Shown piece by piece: positions 50,613 through 58,665 of a DNA stretch of 59,172 bases. The notes under the pieces are model-generated. The model was not told the DNA's origin. It saw only the letters and a list, made by a program, of their open reading frames with translations, and did no database searches. This DNA is from Panacagrimonas sp. (lineage in GTDB: Bacteria; Pseudomonadota; Gammaproteobacteria; Nevskiales; Nevskiaceae): contig JBQTJH010000080.1 of NCBI GenBank assembly GCA_052387335.1, forward strand, positions 1 through 59,172. Reading direction: 5' to 3'. Made by a program: the position numbers and the translations under genes. Position 1 is the first letter of the stretch. Each line of letters begins with the position of its first letter.

Positions 50613-51377
50613 CTACTGCGCAGCCGGCAGCGTGTAGCCGTGACGCTCGATGATCGCGCGCGCCGCGGCGGTGTCGAGCAGCGCGGCGAATGCTCGGCCC
50701 AGCGGCTTGTCCGCACCGATCTTGGTGACGACGAAGGCCTGGTCCAGCGGGGCATGCAGGGCGTCATCGACCAATGCGTATCCGCCGCGCTGTGACAGCT
50801 CCGGGTCCAGCGCCTGCGCCAGCGCGATGAAGCCGATCTGCGCGTTGCCGGTCTGCACGAACTGCGCGGCCTGCGCGATGTTCTCGCCGAACACGAGTCT
50901 GGATTCGACCTTCTCCCACATCGCGCTGGCGCGCAGCGCTTCCTCGGCGCGTGCGCCGTAGGGCGCGGTGCGTGGATTGGCCAACGCGATCTTCGTGAAA
51001 CGCTCCTGCGCGAGGTCCGCCAGCTTCACCGTGCTCGCATCCACGCTCGCGCTCCACAGCGCGAGACGGCCACGCGCGTAGATCTTCGGCGGAGTCGCAG
51101 CGTGGCCGGATTTCTCCAGCGCCTGCGGAAACTCGACATCCGCCGAGAAGAACAGGTCGAAGGGCGCGCCCTCGCGGATCTGCGCGCTGAGCTTTCCCGA
51201 GGAGCCGAAAGTCGCGTCGACCTTAGCGTCGGCGTGATCCTTCGTGAACAGCGCGATCAGCTCTTCCCTCGCCGGTTTGAAGTTGGCCGCGGTGGCGATC
51301 AGCAATCGATCCTGTGCGGACGCGTGGGGCAGCGCCGCGAGCCACACGGTCAGTGCAAGAAATATCCGAATCATCAT
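50613..51377 (-). CDS. modA: Molybdate-binding protein ModA
   Basis: Signal peptide, AAN, GSSG, GAPFDLFFSAD, ANP.TAPYG, GENIAQ. Confidence 0.93.
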   Translation of the reverse strand: MMIRIFLALTVWLAALPHASAQDRLLIATAANFKPAREELIALFTKDHADAKVDATFGSSGKLSAQIREGAPFDLFFSADVEFPQALEKSGHAATPPKIYARGRLALWSASVDASTVKLADLAQERFTKIALANPRTAPYGARAEEALRASAMWEKVESRLVFGENIAQAAQFVQTGNAQIGFIALAQALDPELSQRGGYALVDDALHAPLDQAFVVTKIGADKPLGRAFAALLDTAAARAIIERHGYTLPAAQ

Positions 51378-51381
51378 GGCC

Positions 51382-51882
51382 TCACGGTCTCATATCGATC
51401 AGCTCGATGCGTTCAAGCTGCCGCACCCAGCGCGCGCCGCGCGCCTCATCTGCCACCACCAGCCGCAGCGGCCCCTCATCAGCCCCCAGTGGCTTCCCGT
51501 CGCGGCGATCCGCAAGCAGGATCGGGCGCTCGCGGAAGCCGGGATCGAGCTCGGCGAGCGCGAACACCGCGACATAGCCATCGCGCGCAATCACCCGCAG
51601 CGCCAAGGCCATCTTCTCGCCGCGCAGCACCTTGCCCAGCGGCATGCCCGCGCGCTGCAAAAGATCACGCATCCACACGCCTTCAAACTGCGCCGGGTGA
51701 CCATGATCCAGCGCCTCGATCTGCCGCCGGGGCAGCGAGTCGAGCAGCGTGGCATCCACCTCCAAGGCCGCGATGCCGGCTCCCGACAGCCGCAGGAGCG
51801 CCGGCTCTGTCGCGGCCGCCAAGCCCCAAGCGAGCGACAGCACCAGCGCACACAGGACTCTCAATCTTGCGCAGCGTTTCAT
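51382..51882 (-). CDS. Secreted protein with sulfite-oxidase-like molybdopterin-binding fold fragment
   Basis: Signal peptide; FEGV...LL, ARDGY, EGPLRLVV....GARWVRQL..I resemble Oxidored_molyb motifs; no Cys in the mature part. Confidence 0.7.
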   Translation of the reverse strand: MKRCARLRVLCALVLSLAWGLAAATEPALLRLSGAGIAALEVDATLLDSLPRRQIEALDHGHPAQFEGVWMRDLLQRAGMPLGKVLRGEKMALALRVIARDGYVAVFALAELDPGFRERPILLADRRDGKPLGADEGPLRLVVADEARGARWVRQLERIELIDMRP

Positions 51883-51891
51883 GAGGCGATC

Positions 51892-53919
51892 TCAGTACCG
51901 GTAGTCGAGCTGCGCGAGCCAGGTGCGGCCGGGCTCGAAGAAGCCTTCCTGGTAGGCATACAGCTCGTCGAACAGATTGCGCCCGCCCAGTTCCAGCCCC
52001 AGGTGCTGAATCGGCTCGAAGCGCACGAAAGCGTGGACGAGCGTGAAGTCATCGGCCACCCGCACGCCGTCGGTCGTGCTGTAGCGCTTCGTCTCGTGCT
52101 GAGCATCGGTCTTCAGGGTCCAGCGCTGCACCGGCCTCCACGCGAGTGCGAGCCGGTATTTCTGCTCCGGCGTATCGATCTGCCGCAGCTCCGGCCGCGA
52201 GCGGTTCTCGCGGTCCAGCACCGAGACCTGCGCGTCGACTTTGAGCGTCGTGAGCGGTTTCCACACCGCGCCCAGTTCCACGCCGCGATTGCGCTGCTCG
52301 CCGATGTTCTGTTGCTGGAAGCAGGTCGGATTCGGCGTGGTGCACTGGTCGTTGGGGATGGTGACGTTCTCGATCGCATCGTCGAGATCGGCCTGGAACA
52401 CGGCAAAACGAAGGTCGAGTCCGGGCAGGCGTCGCACCATGCCGATCTCCAGATGCACCGCGCGCTCCGGCTGCAAGCCCGGGTTGGGGACCGCGCTGCC
52501 AAGGCGGAAGGAGAAGCGATCCTTGATGGTCGGGAAGCGCGTCTTGCGGCTGATGCCGGCAAGCAGGTCCAAATCCGGCGTCACTGCCCAGTTCATCGCG
52601 AGCTGGGCGTTGTGCGCGTCCGCCCTGTCCACCGGTTGCGCCACCACGACACCGTTCTGGTTGTTCTCCGCCTCGCGGCCGTCCTGCACGGTGTACGCGT
52701 AGCCGGGTGTCAGGGTCACGGTGTCGTTGGTGCGCCATTCGTGTTCCAGCGCGAGCGCCCACGAACGATCCTCGTAGCGCTCCTCGGGTGCGCCGGTGTT
52801 GTCGATCTCGCGATGCACGTCCTGCTTCCAGTGCAGGGCCACGCGTGATGCCTGCGCCAGCTGCCAGCGCCACTCGAAGTCTGCGTTGCCGCCGATCGTG
52901 TAGTCGTCGTACTCGCTGCCCAGGAACAAGGATGCGGTGCGTGCTGCGTTGTTCCAGCCATTGAGCGCGTTGCGGAACTGGTCCCAGTACGCGCGCCAGC
53001 GCAAGGTGCCTTGCGACCCGACGCCGTTACGCGCGGTGAGATACACGCTCTGCTTATCCCAGTACGGCCACTCCCAGAAGCGTGCCTGCACGCCGGCCGC
53101 GCTGCCGGCGTAGGGCGGAGAGTTCTTCTCGCCGTCCTGCCGGTAGTAGCTCAGCGCGTACTCGTCGCCGTTGTCGGGCAGAAAGCCGACCTTGGCGCTG
53201 AACACCTGGTCCTGGCTGTCCGCGTTCTCGCGCGCGCCACCATTCTCGGCGGCAACGGCATCAAAATCGTCTGGCAGGGCGTAGCCCTCGGAGTCCACGT
53301 AAGAGCCGGTGAGCAAGCCGTACCACTGCCCGCGCAGGCCACCGACCGAAGCGGAGTAGCGCTGCTCCAGGGAATTGCTGCTCTCGCCGATCTCGCTGCC
53401 GATCTCGAACCCCGTCTCCAGCGACGCGGTCGGCTTGCGGCTGCCCACGTTGATCGCACCGCCAAGAATATTGGGGCCGTAGAGCACCGAGGCGAACCCC
53501 TTGCTGACCTTGATCTCGGACACGTAGTCCACGCCGAAGCGCGAAAGATCCACGTTGCCGTCGTAGGGCACGTACACCGGCACGCCATCGATGAACAGCG
53601 GCACCTGACGGCTGCTGAAGCCGCGCACCGACACCAGACGCTCACGGCGCTGGCCGACGTTCTGCAAGGTCACGCCCGGCAGCAGGTCCAGCGCCTCGGA
53701 CAGATCGTCGCGGTGCAACACCGAAAGGGTTTCCGCATCCACCGTCTCCACCGCGAGTGCTGCGCTGTCGGCGGGATGCTGGCCGATGACCTCGATCACG
53801 CCGAGCGTGAACGTTGGGTCCGGAGACGGGGCTGGGTCCGGCTCCGCGCCCATCGCGGGCGCGCAGAGCGCCAGCGACAACAAGGCCGCGGCCGGACAGT
53901 CGAACGCAACTCCACGCAT
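51892..53919 (-). CDS. TonB-dependent receptor
   Basis: Signal peptide, TonB-box-like LGVIEVIG, plug LPGV/VRGF/IDGVP/SVLYGPNILGGAIN, NPGLQPE, NLFDELY, C-terminal DYRY. GGGAG RBS before ATG 53919. Confidence 0.93.
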   Translation of the reverse strand: MRGVAFDCPAAALLSLALCAPAMGAEPDPAPSPDPTFTLGVIEVIGQHPADSAALAVETVDAETLSVLHRDDLSEALDLLPGVTLQNVGQRRERLVSVRGFSSRQVPLFIDGVPVYVPYDGNVDLSRFGVDYVSEIKVSKGFASVLYGPNILGGAINVGSRKPTASLETGFEIGSEIGESSNSLEQRYSASVGGLRGQWYGLLTGSYVDSEGYALPDDFDAVAAENGGARENADSQDQVFSAKVGFLPDNGDEYALSYYRQDGEKNSPPYAGSAAGVQARFWEWPYWDKQSVYLTARNGVGSQGTLRWRAYWDQFRNALNGWNNAARTASLFLGSEYDDYTIGGNADFEWRWQLAQASRVALHWKQDVHREIDNTGAPEERYEDRSWALALEHEWRTNDTVTLTPGYAYTVQDGREAENNQNGVVVAQPVDRADAHNAQLAMNWAVTPDLDLLAGISRKTRFPTIKDRFSFRLGSAVPNPGLQPERAVHLEIGMVRRLPGLDLRFAVFQADLDDAIENVTIPNDQCTTPNPTCFQQQNIGEQRNRGVELGAVWKPLTTLKVDAQVSVLDRENRSRPELRQIDTPEQKYRLALAWRPVQRWTLKTDAQHETKRYSTTDGVRVADDFTLVHAFVRFEPIQHLGLELGGRNLFDELYAYQEGFFEPGRTWLAQLDYRY

Positions 53920-53990
53920 CGTGCGCTCCCAAGGTCGTAATGCGGCTGGCGACGGCCTGCGCAACGGCGTCGCCAGTCTCGGCAACGCAT

Positions 53991-54014
53991 CGCTATGTAC
54001 ATAAGTATATAGCG
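53991..54014. promoter_or_regulatory. ModE binding site
   Basis: CGCTATGTA-CATAAG-TATATAGCG matches the ModE consensus CGxTATATA-N6-TATATAxCG; lies between modE and the receptor gene. Confidence 0.85.
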
Positions 54015-54050
54015 CACGACGCGCGCTTTGCCGCTCGTTCCGCTGCGGAC

Positions 54051-54860
54051 TCAGCCAGCTACGCCGAGAATCACGCTGGACGCCTTGAAGATCGCGGTGG
54101 CCGGCGTGCCGGGTTTCAGGCCCAGCGCCTTGATCGACGCATGGGTCACGATGGCCACCACCGACTGCCCGCCGCGCAGCGCCAGCACCACCTCGGTGTT
54201 CACCGCACCCGGAGTCAGCGCCTGTACCGTACCGCGCAACTGGTTGCGTGCAGACAGCTTCATCGCCTGCGCATCGCCCGCGGCGAGCAGGATCCAAGAG
54301 GCCTTGATCAGCGCAACCGCCTCCGCGCCCTTCTTGAGACCCAGGGTCTGCGTGCTCTCGCGCGTGATGGTGGCGACGATGCGGTCGCCGCCCGGCAATT
54401 GCAGTTCCACCTCGTCGTTGACCGCGCCGCGCGTCACGCGCGTGACAGTGCCGGCAAAGTGGTTGCGCGCGCTGGTGATCATGGTCATGCGACCCAGGGT
54501 GGCGAGATCGGTCTTGCTCTTCACTCGTCGATTCACGCGCTCGACGAAACGCTCGCTCTCCGCGCGCACCGTGCGGAACGTGGCCACCAGCTCGCGGCCC
54601 TGCTTGGTGAGTTGCGCGCCGCCGCCGCCCTTGCCGCCCACGCTGCGCTCCACCAGCAGGTGGCCTGCCAGATTGTTCATGGTGGCAATCGCGTCCCATG
54701 CCGCCTTGTAGCTCAGGCCCACGGCCTTGGCCGCGGCGGTGATCGAGGGCTGCGTTTCGAGACTCGCGAGCAATTCCATCCAGCGCTGGCGGAACGGCGC
54801 GCTGCCCGCGCCCGTGCGCAGGCTGAGCTGGCTTTCGACTTTCGGCGCGCTGCGTGCCAC
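54051..54860 (-). CDS. modE: Molybdenum-responsive regulator ModE
   Basis: HTH SITAAAKAVGLSYKAAWDAI, GGKGGGGA, two TOBE/Mop domains (TSARN, LSARNQL). Confidence 0.95.
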   Translation of the reverse strand: MARSAPKVESQLSLRTGAGSAPFRQRWMELLASLETQPSITAAAKAVGLSYKAAWDAIATMNNLAGHLLVERSVGGKGGGGAQLTKQGRELVATFRTVRAESERFVERVNRRVKSKTDLATLGRMTMITSARNHFAGTVTRVTRGAVNDEVELQLPGGDRIVATITRESTQTLGLKKGAEAVALIKASWILLAAGDAQAMKLSARNQLRGTVQALTPGAVNTEVVLALRGGQSVVAIVTHASIKALGLKPGTPATAIFKASSVILGVAG

Positions 54861-54861
54861 C

Positions 54862-55479
54862 TCAGGCCGGCACAGCCACGCCGCGCGTCACGTACACCAC
54901 CGGCTTCGGACCCCAGAGATAGCTTTCCTCGATCTCGGTCGGTTTGAAGCCGCCGTCGCGCAGCATGTCGCGCACCGAGCGATTGAGGTGACAGCCACCC
55001 GCGATCGGCTTCCAGTACGGCGTCAGCCGGTCCTGCCACTTGTGCACGTGCGGCTCCGGCGACTGGCCGTGCTCGCAGAACAGCAACTGCCCACCCGGCT
55101 TGAGCACTCTGCGCATTTCCTTGAGCGCCTTGATCGGATCAGGAATCGTGCACAAGGTGAACGTGCAGACCACCGTGTCGTAGGTCGCGTCGGCGGCGGG
55201 AATCTCCTCGGCCGACAGGGTGATCAGTTCCACGTCCAGCCCTGCCTTTCGGGCGCGCTCGGTCGCCTTGTCGTTCATCTGGTCGGCCGGGTCCAGGCCA
55301 TGCAGCGCGCTGAGCTTGGCGCGATCGTAGAACTCCAAATTGCGGCCGGTGCCGATACCAATTTCCAGCACCTTACCGGTTGCGCGAGGCAGCAGCTTGG
55401 CGCGCTCCTTCTGGATATCGCCCATGCCGCACAAGGTGTCGATCAGCAGCGGCATCACGTAACGGTCGTACAGGTTCAT
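54862..55479 (-). CDS. Class I SAM methyltransferase (METTL7/PmtA-like)
   Basis: VLEIGIGTG, FTLCTIPD, LKPGG, FCEHG, GGCHLNR. Confidence 0.88.
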   Translation of the reverse strand: MNLYDRYVMPLLIDTLCGMGDIQKERAKLLPRATGKVLEIGIGTGRNLEFYDRAKLSALHGLDPADQMNDKATERARKAGLDVELITLSAEEIPAADATYDTVVCTFTLCTIPDPIKALKEMRRVLKPGGQLLFCEHGQSPEPHVHKWQDRLTPYWKPIAGGCHLNRSVRDMLRDGGFKPTEIEESYLWGPKPVVYVTRGVAVPA

Positions 55480-55507
55480 CTAGATACTCCCCGGGGGAGC
55501 GCAAATT

Positions 55508-56521
55508 CTACGCCGTCGCTCCTCCGCAGGAACTGCCCGCGCCCGCGGTGCAGCCCAGGCAATGCGCGCCGAAGCGGATCGGGCGCGTCAGCACACGCTC
55601 GATATCGAAGTCGAAGATGCTCAGCGCCGCGCCGCTGGCGTCGCGTGCATCCAGTTCCAGCATCTGGTTGAAGTCGCAGTCGTAGATGCGCCCGTCGTGG
55701 CTGACTGAGATCAGGTTCCGGCACATCACGTTCTCCGCCGCCGCCGGATTGAATGCGCCGAGCAGCTTGTCCATGTAGCTCTCGTACTGCCCAGACTTGC
55801 GCAGGTGCAACGCGAAGCGGTGGATCGGCATGTTGGTGATGGTGAACAGGCCGTTGAAGTGCAGGCCGAACCTGGCCAGTAGCTCGCGCTTGTAATCGGC
55901 TTCCAGACTCGCCTGCGCGGCCGGCAGGTAAGGGCCGACCGGGTTGTAGACCAGGTTCAGCATCAGCCCCGTGCCGTCCATGCCAAAGCCGACCTCGTTG
56001 AGGCGCTTGAGCGCGGCCATGCTCTTGCCGAATACACCCTTGCCGCGCTGGGCGTCAGTGAAGAACTCGGCGTAGTACGGCAGCGAGGACACCACCTCCA
56101 CGCGCTGCTCGGCGAAGAACTCGGGCAGCTGCGACTTGCCCTCGCCCGTGACTGGATGTCCGTCGAACTGCACCGTGAGGTTGTGCCGAACCATGACGTG
56201 CTTGCCGAGTTCGCGAGCGCGGATCACGAACTCGGCGAAGCGCGGATGCAGTTCCGGCGCACCGCCGGTGAGATCGAGCGTCTTGATCTGAGGATGCGCG
56301 GCGAGAATCTCCAGGCACTTGTCCACGCCGGCGTCCGACAGAGCTTCCTTGCGCGCGGGCGAGGCATCCACGTGGCAATGCCGGCAGGCCTGGTTGCAGG
56401 TTTTGGTCAGATTGATCTGCAAGGTGTCGATGCCGCGCACCGGCAGGCTCAGGCTGTGCGCGGCTAGCAGCGCGTCAAAGTCGTACTTCGCGCGCAGCGG
56501 GGATGGGGTCGGCGCGTTCAT
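55508..56521 (-). CDS. arsS: Arsenosugar-biosynthesis-type radical SAM protein (ArsS family)
   Basis: TLQINL..CNQACRHCHV, DLTGGAPELHP, LVYNPVG, NMPI.RF, MCR, YDCDFNQM, HCLGCTAGAGSSCGG; directly downstream of arsM. Confidence 0.88.
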   Translation of the reverse strand: MNAPTPSPLRAKYDFDALLAAHSLSLPVRGIDTLQINLTKTCNQACRHCHVDASPARKEALSDAGVDKCLEILAAHPQIKTLDLTGGAPELHPRFAEFVIRARELGKHVMVRHNLTVQFDGHPVTGEGKSQLPEFFAEQRVEVVSSLPYYAEFFTDAQRGKGVFGKSMAALKRLNEVGFGMDGTGLMLNLVYNPVGPYLPAAQASLEADYKRELLARFGLHFNGLFTITNMPIHRFALHLRKSGQYESYMDKLLGAFNPAAAENVMCRNLISVSHDGRIYDCDFNQMLELDARDASGAALSIFDFDIERVLTRPIRFGAHCLGCTAGAGSSCGGATA

Positions 56522-56538
56522 CGGCGCAACACCATCTG

Positions 56539-56640
56539 GCCACGGATTTCGCGGATAGACGCCGATAAAACCGATAACTCCGAGGCGACATGAACCACCT
56601 GTTTCAGCCTTGATCCGCGTTCATCCGCGAAATCCGTGGC
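56539..56640. repeat. Inverted-repeat element, copy 1 (102 bp)
   Basis: 28-bp arms GCCACGGATTTCGCGGATAGACGCCGAT / ATCCGCGTTCATCCGCGAAATCCGTGGC (25/28 complementary), 46-bp spacer. Confidence 0.85.
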
Positions 56641-56660
56641 GAATATTTTCTCTCTTTCCA

Positions 56661-57710
56661 TCAGCAGCATCCCGCCTTGGCGCCCGCTTCCGAAGTCTGC
56701 ACCAGCGCGTTCGGGCCGCAGTCGAACAAGCCGAAGTGCGTGTTCTTGTCGCCGCTCAGGCGGAAGTGCGCGGCGTAGCGCGTGCCGCTGAGCATGTCGG
56801 CGGTGTTGCCGCAGACCAGCATCGGGCGGCCTGTTTCGAAGCGGTGATGGTCGTCGAGCACGAAGGCGTGCGGGTTGTGCGGCTCGCTGCCGAGGTAGGT
56901 CGCGACCTGGCCGAAGTCCTCGCAGCGATCTTCCAGCGCGAGCTTGAACGCGCGCACGGTCATGGAGAAGAAGCGGATATTGCCGGTCTTCGCCGCGATG
57001 TCCGGATTGTTGATCGCCAGCGGCGAGGACGACACCACTCGCGCATCCAGGCAACCGACCTTGGCCATCTCGCGACGAAAGTCCTCGATATACAGCGCGC
57101 CGCCCAGGCACTCGCCGAGCAACACCGGGTCGGTGGCCAGCGCGCGCGGGATGCGGCGATCGGCGAACACGTCGGAGAAATACAGCTCGCCGCCCGGCTT
57201 GAGCACACGGAAGATTTCCGCAAAGCAACGCGCCTTGTCGGGCGACAGGTTCAGCACGCAGTTGGAGATCACCAAGTCCACGCTCGCATCTGTGATGCCG
57301 GCGGCGGCGAGGTCCTCGATGTAGCCGGTGCGGAATTCCACGTTCGCGTGACCGAGCCGTTCGGCGTGCCAAGCGAGGTGCTTGCGTGCCACGGCGAGTT
57401 GCTCATCGGTCATGTCCACGCCGATCACCTTGCCGTGCGGCCCGACCAGCTTGGACAGCACATAGCAATCGCGGCCCGAACCACTGCCGAGGTCCAGCAC
57501 TGTGGCTCCTTCAAGCGCCGGCGGGATCGGCGAGCCGCAGCCGTAGAAGCGATCGAGCACTTCCGTATGTACGTCCTTGAGCGCCTCGCGCACGTGCAGG
57601 GGCAAGGTCTCGGCCAGGCAGCAGGCGCTGGTCTGCAAATCGGCGGAGGACTTCAGCACTTGTCCGTAGTAGTCCTGGATGGAAGCGTGTGCGTTGAAAT
57701 CGCCGTTCAT
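56661..57710 (-). CDS. arsM: Arsenite S-adenosylmethionine methyltransferase (AS3MT-like long form)
   Basis: YYG..L..S.DL.TSACC, FYGCG, VLDLGSGSGRD, ISNCVLN, GECLGGA, EDRCEDFGQ, VCGNT, C-terminal CC. Confidence 0.88.
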   Translation of the reverse strand: MNGDFNAHASIQDYYGQVLKSSADLQTSACCLAETLPLHVREALKDVHTEVLDRFYGCGSPIPPALEGATVLDLGSGSGRDCYVLSKLVGPHGKVIGVDMTDEQLAVARKHLAWHAERLGHANVEFRTGYIEDLAAAGITDASVDLVISNCVLNLSPDKARCFAEIFRVLKPGGELYFSDVFADRRIPRALATDPVLLGECLGGALYIEDFRREMAKVGCLDARVVSSSPLAINNPDIAAKTGNIRFFSMTVRAFKLALEDRCEDFGQVATYLGSEPHNPHAFVLDDHHRFETGRPMLVCGNTADMLSGTRYAAHFRLSGDKNTHFGLFDCGPNALVQTSEAGAKAGCC

Positions 57711-57740
57711 GGTTTGTCGTCGTCAGCGTGAGTAGGAACA

Positions 57741-58544
57741 TCAGCCGCTGATGCCGCGCACATACGCGGCGGTCAGCGGGTGTCGCGGATTCTCGAAGAT
57801 GTCCTGCGCGGTACCGAACTCGATCAGCCGGCCGCTGCCGTCCTGCACCCAGAACACGCCGCAGAGATCGGCGATGCGCCGCGCCTGCGCCAGATTGTGC
57901 GTCACCACCAGCACGGTGTAGCGCGATTTCAGGCGCAGGATCAGGGCCTCGACCACCGCGCTGGAAATCGGATCGAGCGCCGAGCAGGGCTCGTCCATCA
58001 GCAGCACCTCGGGTTCCAGCGCGATGGCGCGTGCGATGCACAGGCGCTGCTTCTGCCCGCCGGACAGCGCCATCGCAGGCGCATCGAGTCGCTCGCGCAC
58101 CTCGTCCCACAGGCCCGCATCGCGCAGCGCCTGCTCGACTCTCGACGCGCGTTCGCCGCGCGGATAGCCGTGTTCGACCAGTGCGAGTTCCACGTTGCGG
58201 CGGATCGACAGCGGGAAGGGATTGGGCTTCTGGAAAATCATGCCGACGCGCTTGCGCAGCGCCAGCAGGTCCAGCCCCGGCGTGTGCGTGTCCAGCCCGC
58301 TCAGCAGCATCTGCCCGCTCATGTGACAGCCCGGCACCAGCTCGCACAGGCGGTTCATGCAGTTGAGCAAGGAGGTCTTGCCGCAGCCGGACGGACCGAT
58401 CAGCGCGGTGATCGAGCCGCGCGGTGCGATCAGCGACACATCGCGCACCACGCAGTGCTCGCCGTACCACACGCCGACTTCGCGCAGCTCGAGCATCGGC
58501 GCGAGTTCAGTCGGGATCGTTGGCGCGTCTTTCATCGAAGTCAA
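57741..58544 (-). CDS. pstB: PstB-like oxyanion ABC ATPase
   Basis: GPSGCGKT..LNCMNRL, VGMIFQKPNPFP, LSGGQKQRLCIARA, MDEPCSALDP, VTHNLAQA. Start TTG 58544 or ATG 58535. Confidence 0.88.
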   Translation of the reverse strand: MTSMKDAPTIPTELAPMLELREVGVWYGEHCVVRDVSLIAPRGSITALIGPSGCGKTSLLNCMNRLCELVPGCHMSGQMLLSGLDTHTPGLDLLALRKRVGMIFQKPNPFPLSIRRNVELALVEHGYPRGERASRVEQALRDAGLWDEVRERLDAPAMALSGGQKQRLCIARAIALEPEVLLMDEPCSALDPISSAVVEALILRLKSRYTVLVVTHNLAQARRIADLCGVFWVQDGSGRLIEFGTAQDIFENPRHPLTAAYVRGISG

Positions 58545-58553
58545 AAAGCATCA

Positions 58554-58648
58554 GCCACGGATTTCGCGGATACACGCGGATATAGGGCGAACATGAATTC
58601 CATGCACCAACTCGAATGGAATCCGCGTTCATCCGCGAAATCCGCGGC
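58554..58648. repeat. Inverted-repeat element, copy 2 (95 bp)
   Basis: 28-bp arms GCCACGGATTTCGCGGATACACGCGGAT / ATCCGCGTTCATCCGCGAAATCCGCGGC (25/28), 39-bp spacer; same orientation as copy 1. Confidence 0.85.
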
Positions 58649-58665
58649 CAATTGCCTTGTCGGAC

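Noticed and set aside
53920-54050. Moco riboswitch upstream of the TBDR
   Set aside because: The leader after the ModE box is only ~70 nt with a single hairpin, too small for the multi-stem motif.
53920-54699. N-terminal 260-aa extension of the 935-aa TBDR ORF
   Set aside because: It overlaps modE in another frame and crosses the ModE box; the RBS and signal peptide support ATG 53919.
55508-55570. ArsS as a selenoprotein
   Set aside because: The GSS-C-GG position is TGC (Cys); there is no in-frame TGA.
56600-56663. Selenocysteine readthrough at arsM TGC-TGC-TGA followed by a hairpin
   Set aside because: The hairpin is the repeat element, starts ~20 nt downstream and recurs elsewhere. The frame hits another TGA after 18 codons, and a terminal CC is normal for ArsM.
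56539-58648. CRISPR array from the repeated 28-mers
   Set aside because: Only two inverted pairs 2 kb apart; no direct repeat-spacer array and no cas genes.
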